From an uncultured Chloroflexia bacterium (GTDB lineage: Bacteria; Chloroflexota; UBA6077; JACCZL01), in assembly GCA_963765765.1 (NCBI GenBank), contig CAVXYC010000015.1, positions 96,001 through 160,000 of the forward strand: a stretch of 64,000 bases of DNA. The letters run 5' to 3'. Position 1 is the first letter of the stretch. Each line of letters starts with the position of its first letter. Below, one piece after another: positions 20,219 through 31,652 of this stretch. The notes under the pieces are model-generated. The model searched no databases. It had not been told where the DNA came from and saw only the letters and a program-made list of their open reading frames with translations. A program made the translations under genes and the position numbers.

Positions 20219-21392
20219 ATGCTTCTGGTTCGTTCGTTCGGCGCGGTGAGCGCAATTGCACTCCTCCTGGCGGTGACCGCGTGCGCGCCGGCCGCGACCC
20301 CCAGTCCCACGGCGGCTCCAGCCAAGCCCGCCACGACCAGCTCCCCGGCTGCCGCGAGCGGTTCTCCGGCGGCAGCCCGCGCCAAGCCGCGCTTCGCCAG
20401 CAGCGTCTCCAGCGGCGGCCGCCAGCAGTGCGCCAGCCGCCGCTCCCGCTCCGGTAGCCAAGCCCGCGGACTTCCCCAGCAAGCCGATTGAGATCGTGGT
20501 GCCATTCGCGGCGGGTGGTGGGTATGACGTCGTCTCACGTCAGCTCGCTGTCCCGCTTCAAAAGATCGTGGGCCAGCCCGTGGTGATCAAGAACGTGGTG
20601 GGCGGCGGTCAGCGCATTGGCGCACGAACACTGCAGCAATCGCCCGCTGACGGCCACACCATCGGCTATTTCGCTGACTCCACGCTGTATCCCGCGACGC
20701 TCGTGGAGGCGCCCGAAGGTTTCGACCTGAACAGCTGGACCTGGATCGCGGGGTTGCGCAAGTCTCCCGTTTACATCGGGGTTGGCAAGGACTCCAAGAT
20801 CAAGAACATCCAGGAATTGCTGGACGCCGACAAGGCCGGCACGCGGCTGAGATTTGGGCATGGCGGAATCGGGAACTTCCTGCCCACGCAGGTGGCCTTT
20901 GCTGAGACTGTTGGATTGAAGAACGCGGCATACGTGGGCGGCTTCACGGGGACTGCTGATATGGCGCCAGCACTGGTGCGTGGCGACCTGGACGTGGAGG
21001 TGCTCTCCCCGATCTCATCTACAATTCAGTTCGTCCAATCGGGCGATGTCAAGCCGATCCTTCAGCTCGAAGCGACCCGCAATCCGCTTCTTCCTGACAC
21101 TCCTACCGCGCGTGAGGTTGGACTTCCTAACCTCACCGACCTCGAGGCCATTGGCGGTTTCACTTCGGGAATCTCCGCGCCTCCTGGCGTTCCTGAGGAC
21201 CGAGTGAAGTACCTGGAGTACGCGGTGCTCAGCGCGGTTCAAGACCCCGAATTTGCACAGTGGGCGAAGACAGCCGGTGTGGAATCAGACCTTCTCTCGC
21301 TTCCCGGTGCAGAGATCAAGGATCGCAAGGTCAGCGAGTATCAGCTCTACACCAAGTACAAGGATGCCCTAGCCAAGGCTGCCGGTTCGTAG
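20219..21392 (+). CDS. Tripartite tricarboxylate transporter substrate-binding lipoprotein (Bug/TctC; frameshift in Ala/Pro linker)
   Basis: Lipobox-like AVTAC, FPSKPIEIVVPFAAGGGYD, ADGHTI, PPGVP. Confidence 0.85.
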
Positions 21393-21410
21393 TCGATCAT
21401 TCTTCAGTGC

Positions 21411-21453
21411 ACGAAAGAGCGCCTGCCCTATATCGGGGCAGGCGCTCTTTCGT
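21411..21453. terminator. Bidirectional rho-independent terminator-like hairpin
   Basis: 18-bp arms ACGAAAGAGCGCCTGCCC / GGGCAGGCGCTCTTTCGT between convergent genes. Confidence 0.75.
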
Positions 21454-21535
21454 TGTTACTCGTCCCTAATTGCGGACCAACGGTTCGATTCGATGACGCT
21501 TGTCCCGCCGCAGTCCAAAGGGGTGGCACCGATCG

Positions 21536-22723
21536 CTAGTCTCGGAACTTCTCCACGGTCCCCATCAGATCGTAATTGATCCCGATGGCACGCAGGGCCT
21601 GCTCTTCACGACGGATGGCGATCATCGGCTCGTTGCGGGCCGGGTCTCGGACCACGCCGAGCGGATCTTCTCCCCGGGCGATACGCTCGATCTGCTCGCG
21701 GAGGAGGCTACGGAACAGGATGACGCCTTTGTCTGACGTGCCCAGCCGCTCGGCTGTTCGGTCCGAGATCGGTCCCTGGGTAATCCAGGCCATCATGTCC
21801 TGGGCATTGATGTTGTCAACAATGAGCTTGCCGTGCTCGTCCTGGTAGGGATTGTCCCAGATCGGAACCTCGAGCGGAACAGACTCGCCTGGCTGTAGTG
21901 GTTTGACCTGATACCAATAGTGTCGTGTCTCGTGATCATTTATCGGCACTCGCACCTGGAACATGGGACCGTACTTGCTGTTCACCGCCAGAATATTGGG
22001 GAAGATTACTGGGTGGCCGATCCGCCAGTCGTCTGAGTCCTCGGTGTCTCCCTCAAGGAGCCGGCGCTTCATGATGCCGTGCTCCCAGACGTCGAAGGCG
22101 ATGCGGAGATGTCTCTTGGGTGTGGATGCCTCGGGCGCACCTTTTCGCCGCATGACATAGTTGCTGTAGATCGCGTGCAGATATTCCACGTGGACGGGGT
22201 CCATGGAATTCTCCATGATCTGCAGCCAGTTGCATGGCAGCCGAGCTACGCCAACGTCCCGTGCCCGATCTGGAATGACGAAGAGGTCATAACGCGGCAG
22301 CAGCGGAGCTGGCGTCGGGCCGAGGTACGCCCAGATCAACCCGCCCATCTCCTGGACCGGATATGCCGGGATTCGGACTCGATGTTTGAACGTGCTGGTT
22401 TCCGGCTCGGCTGGCTGCTCCAGACACACGCCCTGGTCACTGAATTTCCACCCGTGGTAGGGGCAGCGCAGGCCACCGTCCTCCGGGATGCCATAGACCA
22501 TGCTCGCACCGCGGTGCGGGCAGCGTTCAGCCATCAGCCCCATTTCACCGCTGGGCGAGCGATAGAGCGCCAGGTGCTCTCCGAGGATCTCAACGGGTAG
22601 CACAGGCTCATTCTTCAGCTCCGCGCTGGCGGCAACTGGATGCCAGTACCGACGCAAGACGTTGCCCATGGGCGTACCCGGACCGACTTGCGTGAGCAGT
22701 CGATTCGCTTCCGAGGTGAGCAT
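21536..22723 (-). CDS. Rieske non-heme iron oxygenase alpha subunit (phthalate 4,5-dioxygenase/LigX-like)
   Basis: CPHR...CPYHGW Rieske motif, ENSMDPVHVEYLH, QD, ERLGTSDKG. Confidence 0.9.
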   Translation of the reverse strand: MLTSEANRLLTQVGPGTPMGNVLRRYWHPVAASAELKNEPVLPVEILGEHLALYRSPSGEMGLMAERCPHRGASMVYGIPEDGGLRCPYHGWKFSDQGVCLEQPAEPETSTFKHRVRIPAYPVQEMGGLIWAYLGPTPAPLLPRYDLFVIPDRARDVGVARLPCNWLQIMENSMDPVHVEYLHAIYSNYVMRRKGAPEASTPKRHLRIAFDVWEHGIMKRRLLEGDTEDSDDWRIGHPVIFPNILAVNSKYGPMFQVRVPINDHETRHYWYQVKPLQPGESVPLEVPIWDNPYQDEHGKLIVDNINAQDMMAWITQGPISDRTAERLGTSDKGVILFRSLLREQIERIARGEDPLGVVRDPARNEPMIAIRREEQALRAIGINYDLMGTVEKFRD

Positions 22724-22825
22724 TTGAGATCCTCCGAATGCCTGCGCTGCTCCGATAATACTGCCTCCAACGAAGCTGCAGGCATTGATGCTCGACGTGG
22801 CTATCGTTGCTGTACGATCTGAGCC

Positions 22826-24242
22826 ATGAATTCGGATGATCTCTGCTACACGCCAGCGTTGGATCTGGCGAGGCTGATCCGTGAGCGCGAAATCTCATCC
22901 ACCGAGCTTCTCGAAGCGTTTTTCGCTCGCATCGAACGCGTCAACCCAGCGATCAACGCGTACTGCACTGTGGCCTACGAGCGGGCCCACGAGGAGGCGC
23001 GCGAGGCGGACGCGGCGTTGCTCAGTGGCGAGCCGCTCGGAACGATCCACGGGATTCCTGTCTCGATCAAGGACCTCACGGCCACCACGGGTGTTCGCAC
23101 GACGATGGGGTCGAAGATCTTCGAGCACCACATCCCCACAGCTGATGCTCCCTTTGTACGCCGTGTGCGAGCGGCCGGCGGGATCATCATCGGGAAGACG
23201 AACACTCCTGAGTTCGGCTGCAAGGGTGTCACGGACAACAGGATTTTCGGGGCCACGCGCAATCCCTGGAATTTAGACATGGTCTCTGGCGGCTCCAGCG
23301 GAGGCGCGGCAGCTTCAGTGGCCGCCGGACTGGGACCGCTAGCGCACGGTACAGATCTGGCTGGCTCGGTCCGGATACCAGCGGCAGCCTGCGGTGTGGT
23401 CGGGCTCAAGCCGGGCCCGGGACGAATCGCACGAGCGCCTGCGGCGAATGCCTGGAACACCCTGGCGGTGGATGGTCCGATCGCCCGAACGGTGCGCGAT
23501 ACGGCGCTCCTATTTGACGCCGTTGTGGGCCCAGATTCGCGCGATCCGATCTCGCTTCCCTCAACGGGCGAAAACTTTGTCGATGAGTGCGACCGCGCTC
23601 TTGGTCCGATTCGAGTAGCCTGGAGCGCAAACCTCGGTTACGCGCCAGTGGAGGCCGAGGTGAGCCGAGTTGCGGAAGAAGCAGCAATGATGTTCGCTCA
23701 ACTCGGAGCGGACTTGGAAGCCGACGATCCGGGCTTCGCCGATCCAGACGATCTATTTCGGCGTCTCACCGGCGCCGCGCGATCGGTGGCATTTACGAAG
23801 TACCTTGATGATTGGTCCGACCAGATGGACCCAATTCTTATCGAGCGGATGCACATGACGGACTCCATGTCCGCTGATGACCTGGAGCGCCTGAATCACG
23901 AGCGGACCGAGCTATGGCTCAAAGTCGCGACGTTCTTCGAAAGCTACGATCTGCTCATAACGCCGACGCTCGCGATGGCGCCTTTCCCGATTACGAATGC
24001 TTATCCGCCATCGTCCGTGGCCAGGGCTCGCTGTAGACACGCCAACGGCCTGGTTCCCGTTCACGTTTCCCTTCAACCTGACGGGCAATCCCGCCATCAC
24101 CGTGCCCGCTGGCTGGACTTCAGGTGGATTGCCGGTCGGACTGCAGATCGTCGCGCGCCGGAATGAAGAGGCGCTTCTCTTCCGCGCGGCCGCGGCGTTC
24201 GAGTCGGCGAGGCCGTGGGCGGGAAGTCGACCGGCTCTTTAG
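22826..24242 (+). CDS. Amidase signature family protein (frameshift near 24020)
   Basis: SIKDL, GKTNTPEFG, GGSSGG, GTDLAGSVRIPA; C-terminus FNLTGNPAITVP...GLPVGLQ in another frame. Confidence 0.92.
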
Positions 24243-24300
24243 TCCAGTAAACGCCCACGGCGCTTCGCGCCGGGTCGTACATACAGGAGCCGTCAGTCGA

Positions 24301-25672
24301 TCATGCCCACTTTGTCGTTGCTAGCACTTCGTGCGCGGCTCGCAGGCCACTGGAGATGGCGCCGTTCATCGTGGCCTGCCATGCGTCGGTGTGCTCGCCA
24401 GCAAAGTGAATGCGGCCAACCGGCTGAGCCAGTATCGGGCCGAGCCGAGTGAGATCCCCGGGCTCAAAATAGGAATAGGTCCCGAGACTGAACGGGTCTT
24501 TGTCCCAGATGGCCGTGTAGCCAACCTCAAAGCTGCTGCTTGCGTTGGGAAAGAGCTGGTCGAGCTGTCTCAGACACCAGTTGATCCGATCGCTCTCTAT
24601 CAGCTCGGCCAACGCTCGACCCTTCTTGCCCGGCCGTGTACGTTCCTAGAATCCCGCGTTCGCCTGGCTGATCCCGAGTGGCGTCCCAAGCGGACAGAAA
24701 TGGCAGATCGGTCATTATTCCGCGGAGTCGCTGACGCTCGAGCCAGAACCTTCGACTGAATTGCATGAGCACCTTCACGACGGTCCCGTACTTGAGATCC
24801 TGAATGGCCTCAGCGTGGGAGCGCGGTAACGAGGGGCTGAACCTGACCCGCTGCAGCGCCGGAGTGGGCACCGCAACGATGACCTGCCCAGACTCCAGCT
24901 CTCTCGGGGAGCCCGCGATCTCCACGGTAACACTCGCTGAGTGTTCAGTCTGCCGCACCTCCATGACTTGGGCGTTGAGTATCACGCGGTCGCCAAGCTC
25001 CGCGGCCATTGCGCGAGGCAACAGGTCCATTCCGTCAGATGGTCGCCCAACGTCTGGTCCGGTCGCCGATCGATAGAGCCGATCGTCGCGCGCAAACTGA
25101 AGCAGGGAGATGCGATCGTTCTCGATCGAATAGTCCAGACGCTGCCAGACGTCGAGATACGTCGATACAAGCGGCGTAAGTTCCAGATCATCCAGCCAGT
25201 CGCGAACGGAGCGCGCGTCCAGCTCCTTCGCCGAGGGCGCGAGCCATGGGTGGTACGGATCTGGAATTTTTCGACCCATTAGGGCCGTTCTGCGTCCGAG
25301 GCGTCGCAGGTCCGTCGCTGCCTCGGTTCCGAAAGCCGCCACCGTTCGACCCACAGTGCGATGCTCGCCGAATACGTACAGGCGGGGTGCGGAGGGCCCA
25401 TTGCGATTGAGAAGGCGAAAGCGCCGAAGCATGGACTGAGTGTAGGTATGCTCGGCACTGACATATTCTGCTCCGGCCTCTCCATGGAGTCCGTCAGAGA
25501 AGGGCGCGCGAATCGTATGCACACGTCCGCCCACTCGATCGCGGGCCTCGAGCACCACAAAGTCCAGGGCGCGGTCCTTGAGCTCGAGCGCCGCGGCGAG
25601 CCCCGCGAGGCCGGCTCCAATGACGATGGCGTGAGGCCGTGCTTTTTGGGTCAGAATGGCTCGGTCCCGCAC
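24301..25672 (-). CDS. Flavin monoamine oxidase family protein (frameshifted)
   Basis: IGAGLAGL, LEARDRVGGR, HFAGEHT...MNGAISSG. Confidence 0.88.
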
Positions 25673-25853
25673 TAGCGAACAGCGACGGCGATTATGAGCG
25701 CCACGCTACGCCTCTCCCAACGGGTTCGGCCGCTTGGATCGCCATCCTGTTCTTCGTATTCGCGCGCTAGCTCAGACTGGAACATGCGCATTGCTAGCCG
25801 GCGAACTCAGATGTGCACGACGAATCGTATCGAAGCATCAGTACGTGGTTGAG

Positions 25854-26573
25854 CTACTCAGGCGTCGCCTGCGTGCGCTGAAAGTCCACGAAACGGTAGC
25901 CCAGCCCACGTTCAGTCAGGATGTAACGGGGATTCGCCGGGTCTTGCTCCAGCTTCTGCCGGAGATAGTTGATGTACAGCCGTAAATAGTGGCTGGCATC
26001 GCGGTATTCTGGGCCCCACACCCGCGACAGCAACGCCTCATGAGACAAGAGGACACCGGGGTTACTTGCAAGATGGAAAAGCAGTCGATACTCCGTCGGC
26101 CGAAGCTGCACTTTCTCGTTATCGACTGTGACTTCATGTCGCTCGAAATCAATTGAGAGTCGATCGTCGACCTTAATGGGCCCTCGCGGCGCCGAAGGCG
26201 TCGTCTCAGCTCTTCGCATGACCGCTTTGATGCGGCTGAGCAGCACAGGCTGACTAAACGGCTTGGAAACGTAGTCATCCGCTCCGAGCTGGAGCCCCAG
26301 GATCAGGTCCTGATCATCCGACTTCACAGTAAGCATGATCACGGGGATGGTCGAGAACTTACGCAGCTCACGCAGCGTCTCAAAGCCGTCCATCTCCGGC
26401 ATCATGACGTCCATCACTACCAGGTCGGGAAGCTGCGTGCGAACCTTCTCCAGCGCCTCTACGCCACTCTGAGCTTCGAGAACGTTATAGCCCTCGACTT
26501 CCAGGTTCATCCGCACGGAATCGAGAATCCTGGGCTGGTCGTCAACCAGCAGAATAGTGCGGCGCTCTTTCAT
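25854..26573 (-). CDS. OmpR/KdpE-type response regulator
   Basis: LLVDD, MDVMMPEMDG, GADDYVSKPF, winged helix ILTERGLGYRF. Confidence 0.92.
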   Translation of the reverse strand: MKERRTILLVDDQPRILDSVRMNLEVEGYNVLEAQSGVEALEKVRTQLPDLVVMDVMMPEMDGFETLRELRKFSTIPVIMLTVKSDDQDLILGLQLGADDYVSKPFSQPVLLSRIKAVMRRAETTPSAPRGPIKVDDRLSIDFERHEVTVDNEKVQLRPTEYRLLFHLASNPGVLLSHEALLSRVWGPEYRDASHYLRLYINYLRQKLEQDPANPRYILTERGLGYRFVDFQRTQATPE

Positions 26574-27751
26574 GCGTTCTGGCTCAACGGTAATGCGATG
26601 ATGAACGTGCTCCCTTGTCCGGGTCCCGGCGACTCCACCCATGTGCGGCCGCCATGTGCATCAATAATAGCCTTGACGATAAATAAGCCAAGGCCGACCC
26701 CCGGGGTCGTTCGGCTCAAGCTCGTATCCACGCGGTGGAACCGATCGAAGATGTGCTCGCGTTCTTCTTCGGCTACACCGATTCCCTGATCCCTCACGGC
26801 GATGCACAGCTCGTTCTGGACGGCCTGAACACCGACCGTGATGCCGGACTCCGCCGGCGAGTACTTGATTGCATTATCAATGAGATTCTGAATCGCTCGC
26901 CGTAGTTTGTCGGCATCCGCTCGCACCGGTGGCAGGTCTGGTGATATCGAAAGGTCGATGCGTCTGTCGGGCGCCTTGATCCGCATAGCCTGGACCGCAT
27001 CGCCGACCAGCTCGCCAATCTCCACGAGAGAGAATGCCATCGCGACGCGCCCTGCCTGGATCCGCGAGATGTCCAGCAGGTCCGTCACGAGCCCCTGGAG
27101 CCGGCTGCATTCGTCCTCGATCGTGCTGGCAATCCGCCGAACCACTTCGGGCCGCCAGGCTCCGTCGGGGTTTCCCAGCGTACTTGCATAACCTTTGATG
27201 ATGGCGATCGGCGTCTGGAGCTCATGACTGACAATGCCCACGAAGCTCTCTTGCATCGCTTGAAGCCGCTGGCGCTCTAAAGAAGCTTCCTGAAGCAGTC
27301 GAGATGATTGAATGGCCGCCGCAGCTTGCTGCGCGAAGATCTCGAGAAGACGTACATCACGCACCTGGAACTGGCGAGCGGAGGCAGGCCGGAACACGTA
27401 GATCACCCCGACAACATCCTGCTCCTGAGTGAGAGGAAGAGCGAGGATGTGCTCCAGGCGATGTCGGCCCGGCCAGCGCAGATCACTCGGGATCAACACG
27501 AGCGGTAGATTCTCACCCGTCCGACCGAGGATGGAGAGGATCGTCCGATCAAGGCGAGGGTGGAGGAGCTGGACGTCGACCGCCTCGAGCCCGTAGCTCG
27601 CACGCGGGATGAAGCGCTGGAGCCGGGTTTCCCAGAGGGCGATGGCGCCGGCGCTTCCCTCGAGAATCTGCACGGCGCTGACCATGATGAGATTGAGAAC
27701 CGTTGAGAGGTCCTCATGCTCCGGCTGTCTCGTCTCGGTCCGCGTCACCAT
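26570..27751 (-). CDS. Cytoplasmic GAF-domain sensor histidine kinase
   Basis: SHELQTP H-box, NLIDNAIKYS, DQGIG, GVGLGL; overlaps the regulator start. Confidence 0.9.
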   Translation of the reverse strand: MVTRTETRQPEHEDLSTVLNLIMVSAVQILEGSAGAIALWETRLQRFIPRASYGLEAVDVQLLHPRLDRTILSILGRTGENLPLVLIPSDLRWPGRHRLEHILALPLTQEQDVVGVIYVFRPASARQFQVRDVRLLEIFAQQAAAAIQSSRLLQEASLERQRLQAMQESFVGIVSHELQTPIAIIKGYASTLGNPDGAWRPEVVRRIASTIEDECSRLQGLVTDLLDISRIQAGRVAMAFSLVEIGELVGDAVQAMRIKAPDRRIDLSISPDLPPVRADADKLRRAIQNLIDNAIKYSPAESGITVGVQAVQNELCIAVRDQGIGVAEEEREHIFDRFHRVDTSLSRTTPGVGLGLFIVKAIIDAHGGRTWVESPGPGQGSTFIIALPLSQNA

Positions 27752-28132
27752 AGAGGTTGGCTCGCAGAAGAATAGCATGCCAGGGGCCAGGGGCTAGAGG
27801 CGAGCGGGAGGTGAAGATAAATGAAGAGTTGAGAATCTCGTCGCCTCTCGCCTCTCGTGATCCGACTCTCTCATCCCCTTCCGCAAATGCTCGGAGCGTT
27901 CTATCGCTCGGTAGGGCGCGGCGTTCAGGAGTGACGTCGCCCTGCGAGTGAGAGGGGCATGAATTCCTCCGTTGTTATTCGACTCATCGCGGCGCTTGTG
28001 GCAGCCGTGCCGTTTCTCTGGAAAGACGCTGGACCAAGAATCGGCCCAGTCGAAGCGCACGTCGGATTGTCCCAGCGGCCTCACTCTCCGTTGGGTCAGC
28101 TTCTACCGGAGTTCCGCAGCGCCCGAGACACG

Positions 28133-28657
28133 ATGGATCGATCGAAGCTGTTGATGAGCAAAGTCGATGCAAACAAAGAGCAGGCAACCCCGCGACCCGC
28201 CCGGTGACCGCGATCCAGCTTCAGCTCCTGCAACTGATCGAGGCCGGCGTGACGGAGCTTCGTGGCCTACAGAAGACCGCGGATGTCTCGATGGAGCTCC
28301 TCGATCGCAACGGTTTGCGTGACTACCTGTTGGCCGTTGCGTCTGACACTGATCATCGATTCTCTTTTTATGGAGCATGCTGACTGCCGGCTCGCCCTCG
28401 TCATTCGGACCTCCTGGGATACGGGGCACGATGCCCCGGAGTTCCATAACGCGATGAGCGAGAGTCAGCGGAATCGATTCCAAATCACCTTGCCCGCGTT
28501 CCAGCGGTTTTCTGCCTGGCAGCTACTCGCCTCAGCAGAGTATTCGGCGCTGGTGAGCAGAAATCGGAGCGAAGCCCTCGTCGCGATCACGTCAGACGAG
28601 CCAACGGCACTGCAGATGGCCAGCCGCCTGGGATTCCAACGACCCTACTGGCAGTAG
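28133..28657 (+). CDS. Hypothetical protein (probably one frameshifted gene)
   Basis: Protein-like segments in overlapping frames ending LGFQRPYWQ; no family recognised. Confidence 0.35.
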
Positions 28658-28736
28658 AAACTCTTCAGCCACACTGCCGCGGGTCCAGGCGTCATTTGTT
28701 GCCGCTTGCACAGGGCTCACGTAAGCTGAATTTGTA

Positions 28737-30143
28737 ATGGCGCTCCTGTTCCGACTTCTTCTCGCCGTCTCGCTACTCACAAACGTTGGGCTCGGCTGGG
28801 TGTACCTCACTGGGCAGCGAGAGGTAGAGCAGGCGCACGCTGACGTCGAGCGACTTCAGATGCAGGTCACTGAGCTCAACGCCGAGCTGCGCCAGGCACG
28901 TTCCGGATCAACACAGTTTCGTGCCGACCAAGCTACGGCGGACGCACCCGTGGAACCGCCCGCGCCGGTCGGTCAGCCTGCGCCTCCAGAGGTGCTGGCG
29001 GAGCTCCATCGCATCGAGGACTCGGTGACCGCCATTCGCGGCTTGACGCCGAAATCAGATGTGCCGATCGTATTTCTGGATAGAGACCAGCTTCACCAGT
29101 ATTTCCAGGAGTCTTTTGACCACGAGTACACGCCAGAAGAGCGCGTTCAGGATCAAAAGCTCCTTTCCTACATTGGACTCGTTCCTTCGAGCTTCGACCT
29201 ACCCTCATTTATCGTGGACCTTCTGGGCGAGCAAGTCGTCGGCTTCTACGATGACGACCAGAAGCGCATGGCGCTCATCGGTGAAGCATCGGACCTGAGC
29301 CCGGACGAGCGGATCACCTTTGCTCACGAGTACAACCACACGCTTCAGGATCAGCACTTTGACCTGCGTAAGCTTAATCCGCCGGACTCAGAGAACGATG
29401 ACCAGAGTCTGGCTGTTCAGGCGTTGGTTGAAGGTGATGCCGTTCTGCTCATGAGCCTATGGGCAAACCAGAACCTGACTCGAACTGAAATGGAGCAGGC
29501 GTCGCGCGGTGGCGGAGAAGATCAGAATCTCCGCCAGGCGCCACTGGTCCTGCGAACTGAGCTTCTGTTCCCATACACCGATGGCGCTCGGTTCGTTCGC
29601 GTGCTTTACGATCAAGGCGGCTTCGCGGCAGTGGATCAGGCTTTCCGTGAGCCGCCACGTTCCACTGAGCAGATCCTTCACCCTGAAAAATTCAATCAGC
29701 GAAACGAGCCCATACCGGTGGAGATCGTCGCTACTGATCAAATTCTGGGACCTGGTTGGACGGATGTCACATCGAACACGCTCGGCGAACTCGATCTCCG
29801 AATTCTGATCGAGCAATTTACGGATCGGAATACCGGCAACCGCGCCGCCGCTGGTTGGGGCGGTGATCGCTATCGTCTCGTTGAGCGCAGTGATGGTCAG
29901 CTCGGGCTCATTTTGCAAACTGCCTGGGATACGCAGAATGACGCCGATGAGTTCGCAACTGCCCTAAGTCAGGGGCTCAGGAAGCGATTTGGAGTGAGCA
30001 ACACTGATACGACGGGATCGCGGGTGCTAATACGGAATTCGGAACAGCCGTCTCTCATTGTCAAACGCGGCAGTGACGTTCTTCTGGTCATGGGGCCAGA
30101 TGAAGCCATGTTGACGCAAGCCGCGAACGCGCTGGGGTTTTGA
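28737..30143 (+). CDS. Membrane-anchored putative zinc metallopeptidase
   Basis: N-terminal TM segment + coiled coil, GFYD, HEYNH...EGDA, FPY.DG, STEQILHPEK, GWGGD. Confidence 0.7.
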   Translation: MALLFRLLLAVSLLTNVGLGWVYLTGQREVEQAHADVERLQMQVTELNAELRQARSGSTQFRADQATADAPVEPPAPVGQPAPPEVLAELHRIEDSVTAIRGLTPKSDVPIVFLDRDQLHQYFQESFDHEYTPEERVQDQKLLSYIGLVPSSFDLPSFIVDLLGEQVVGFYDDDQKRMALIGEASDLSPDERITFAHEYNHTLQDQHFDLRKLNPPDSENDDQSLAVQALVEGDAVLLMSLWANQNLTRTEMEQASRGGGEDQNLRQAPLVLRTELLFPYTDGARFVRVLYDQGGFAAVDQAFREPPRSTEQILHPEKFNQRNEPIPVEIVATDQILGPGWTDVTSNTLGELDLRILIEQFTDRNTGNRAAAGWGGDRYRLVERSDGQLGLILQTAWDTQNDADEFATALSQGLRKRFGVSNTDTTGSRVLIRNSEQPSLIVKRGSDVLLVMGPDEAMLTQAANALGF

Positions 30144-30158
30144 GAGCCTTCCGATCCA

Positions 30159-30235
30159 GTGGGGCGGGTCTCCGTACCCGCCAGCAGTCAACTCCAATCG
30201 GACACAACACTGGCGGGTACGGAGACCCGCCCCAC
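30159..30235. repeat. GTGG-tagged REP doublet (REPIN-like)
   Basis: 26-bp perfect arms GTGGGGCGGGTCTCCGTACCCGCCAG (30159-30184) and reverse complement (30210-30235). Confidence 0.85.
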
Positions 30236-30263
30236 CGCGATCTGATCACAATTGGCCGCAAGC

Positions 30264-30297
30264 AAAAAAGAGCGGGCCTCGTGAGGCCTGCTCTTTT
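30264..30297. terminator. Bidirectional rho-independent terminator
   Basis: AAAAAAGAGCGGGCCTC-GT-GAGGCCTGCTCTTTT between convergent genes. Confidence 0.8.
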
Positions 30298-30399
30298 ATC
30301 GTTCGGACTAGTAACTAGTTGTTGTCGTTATTTTCCTCGTTGTCGTTGTCCAGACCGCTGCGGCCTTTAACGCCGAAGCCAGCAGAGCCAACTTCCTCA

Positions 30400-30885
30400 T
30401 CATTGAGATACATGATGATGTTGTAGGCTAGCGCCGGGGAGATTCGCTGGCGCGGCGAGAACTCCCAATGCGCTCAGCATGCCCGGCTGGGCATACGTGG
30501 CAGGATCGTTTCCGTACTCGCCTCTGTGATCCAGCTTGAAACCAATGCGGCGCTCAGGAAACTGACAGCAACCGGGAACTTTCCCCCAGGCGTAATCTCC
30601 TTCGTTTGCGCGCACGAGAAACGTCAGCGCACCACCAGTGTAGCCGGTGTACTCGGTCGTGACCCAAACGTCGTCGGAATCCGAGAATTCCGTTTGAGGG
30701 TTTGTCGGAATAAAGTCTTGACTGACCGCCGTCGCAAACTTAATTGCGCCGAGCCTGAAGTTTCCAACGTCTGCCGACGGAGCTGCCTGGGCAGTTCCGC
30801 TTCCTAGCCCTGCTCGGTCCAATACGCCGCCAGCCATGAACGCCGTACTAACGACTAGCGCACCCGCCACTAATACCCGCCGCAT
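30400..30885 (-). CDS. Hypothetical secreted protein (3' end uncertain, probably frameshifted)
   Basis: Signal-like MRRVLVAGALVV...AQA, GGGAG RBS, beta-rich body. Confidence 0.55.
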   Translation of the reverse strand: MRRVLVAGALVVSTAFMAGGVLDRAGLGSGTAQAAPSADVGNFRLGAIKFATAVSQDFIPTNPQTEFSDSDDVWVTTEYTGYTGGALTFLVRANEGDYAWGKVPGCCQFPERRIGFKLDHRGEYGNDPATYAQPGMLSALGVLAAPANLPGASLQHHHVSQ

Positions 30886-31048
30886 ACACTTACGCTCCCG
30901 TTCAATAAGTTGCGCCGCCCGAGCTTACGCGCGGCACAGATGGGCGCATTGTGTCACGTTTCACCGGCAACTGCACGCACCAATATGACTACTCCATCGT
31001 GGGGATTCGGGGTGCAGATCGCGCGATTTTTACCGGAGGTGTGAAGGC

Positions 31049-31432
31049 CTACTGAATGCGAACGACCGGGTGCGCTGCTGACCACAGCTCCTCGAGGTTG
31101 TAGTACTCGCGCTGCGACGGTGAGAAAATGTGGACCACGACGTCGCTGTAATCCATGAGCACCCACCCTGAATCGGGCGAGCCCTCCACATGGGTGGGAC
31201 GAATGCGGTCTTCATTTCTCAGCGCGTCCGTGATGTCGCGCTGAATCGCCTGGAGCTGACGCTCGGAACCGCCTGAGCAGATGACGAAGTAGTCGGCGAT
31301 TTCTGTGATCGGTCGAAGATCAAGCAAGACGATATCAGCCGCCTGCTTGTCTGACGCAATGTCAACGATGCGCCGGGCCAGGGCGTCCGGCTCAAGTCTT
31401 TGAGGTCTGGGTGAGTGCTCGGCGGTAGTCAT
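31049..31432 (-). CDS. rsfS: Ribosome silencing factor
   Basis: DKQAADIVLLD, ADYFVICSG, WVLMDYSDVVVHIF...REYYNLEELW. Confidence 0.95.
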   Translation of the reverse strand: MTTAEHSPRPQRLEPDALARRIVDIASDKQAADIVLLDLRPITEIADYFVICSGGSERQLQAIQRDITDALRNEDRIRPTHVEGSPDSGWVLMDYSDVVVHIFSPSQREYYNLEELWSAAHPVVRIQ

Positions 31433-31579
31433 ATCGATGGGCTCATGATACCACGGGCGTTCTCGCGGCCACGTCCAAGGAGCGCTTCACACAGGCATCG
31501 ATGCCAACGCGTATTTCCGCGGAGTGAGCTTTGTAGGTGCGCCTGACGGTTGTTATACTGCTCTCCTGTCGCCTACCTT

Positions 31580-31652
31580 GGGCCTGTAGCTCAGCTGGGA
31601 GAGCGCACGGTTCGCATCCGTGAGGTCAGGGGTTCGAATCCCCTCAGGTCCA
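31580..31652 (+). tRNA. tRNA-Ala (anticodon CGC)
   Basis: Acceptor GGGCCTG/CAGGTCC with G3:U70, anticodon arm CACGG-TTCGCAT-CCGTG, T-loop GGTTCGAATCC; CCA not encoded. Confidence 0.95.

Noticed and set aside
19411-20538. 375-aa version of the 2OG-Fe(II) oxygenase
   Set aside because: The N-terminal extension is the antisense of the Bug lipoprotein linker; the plausible start is 20145
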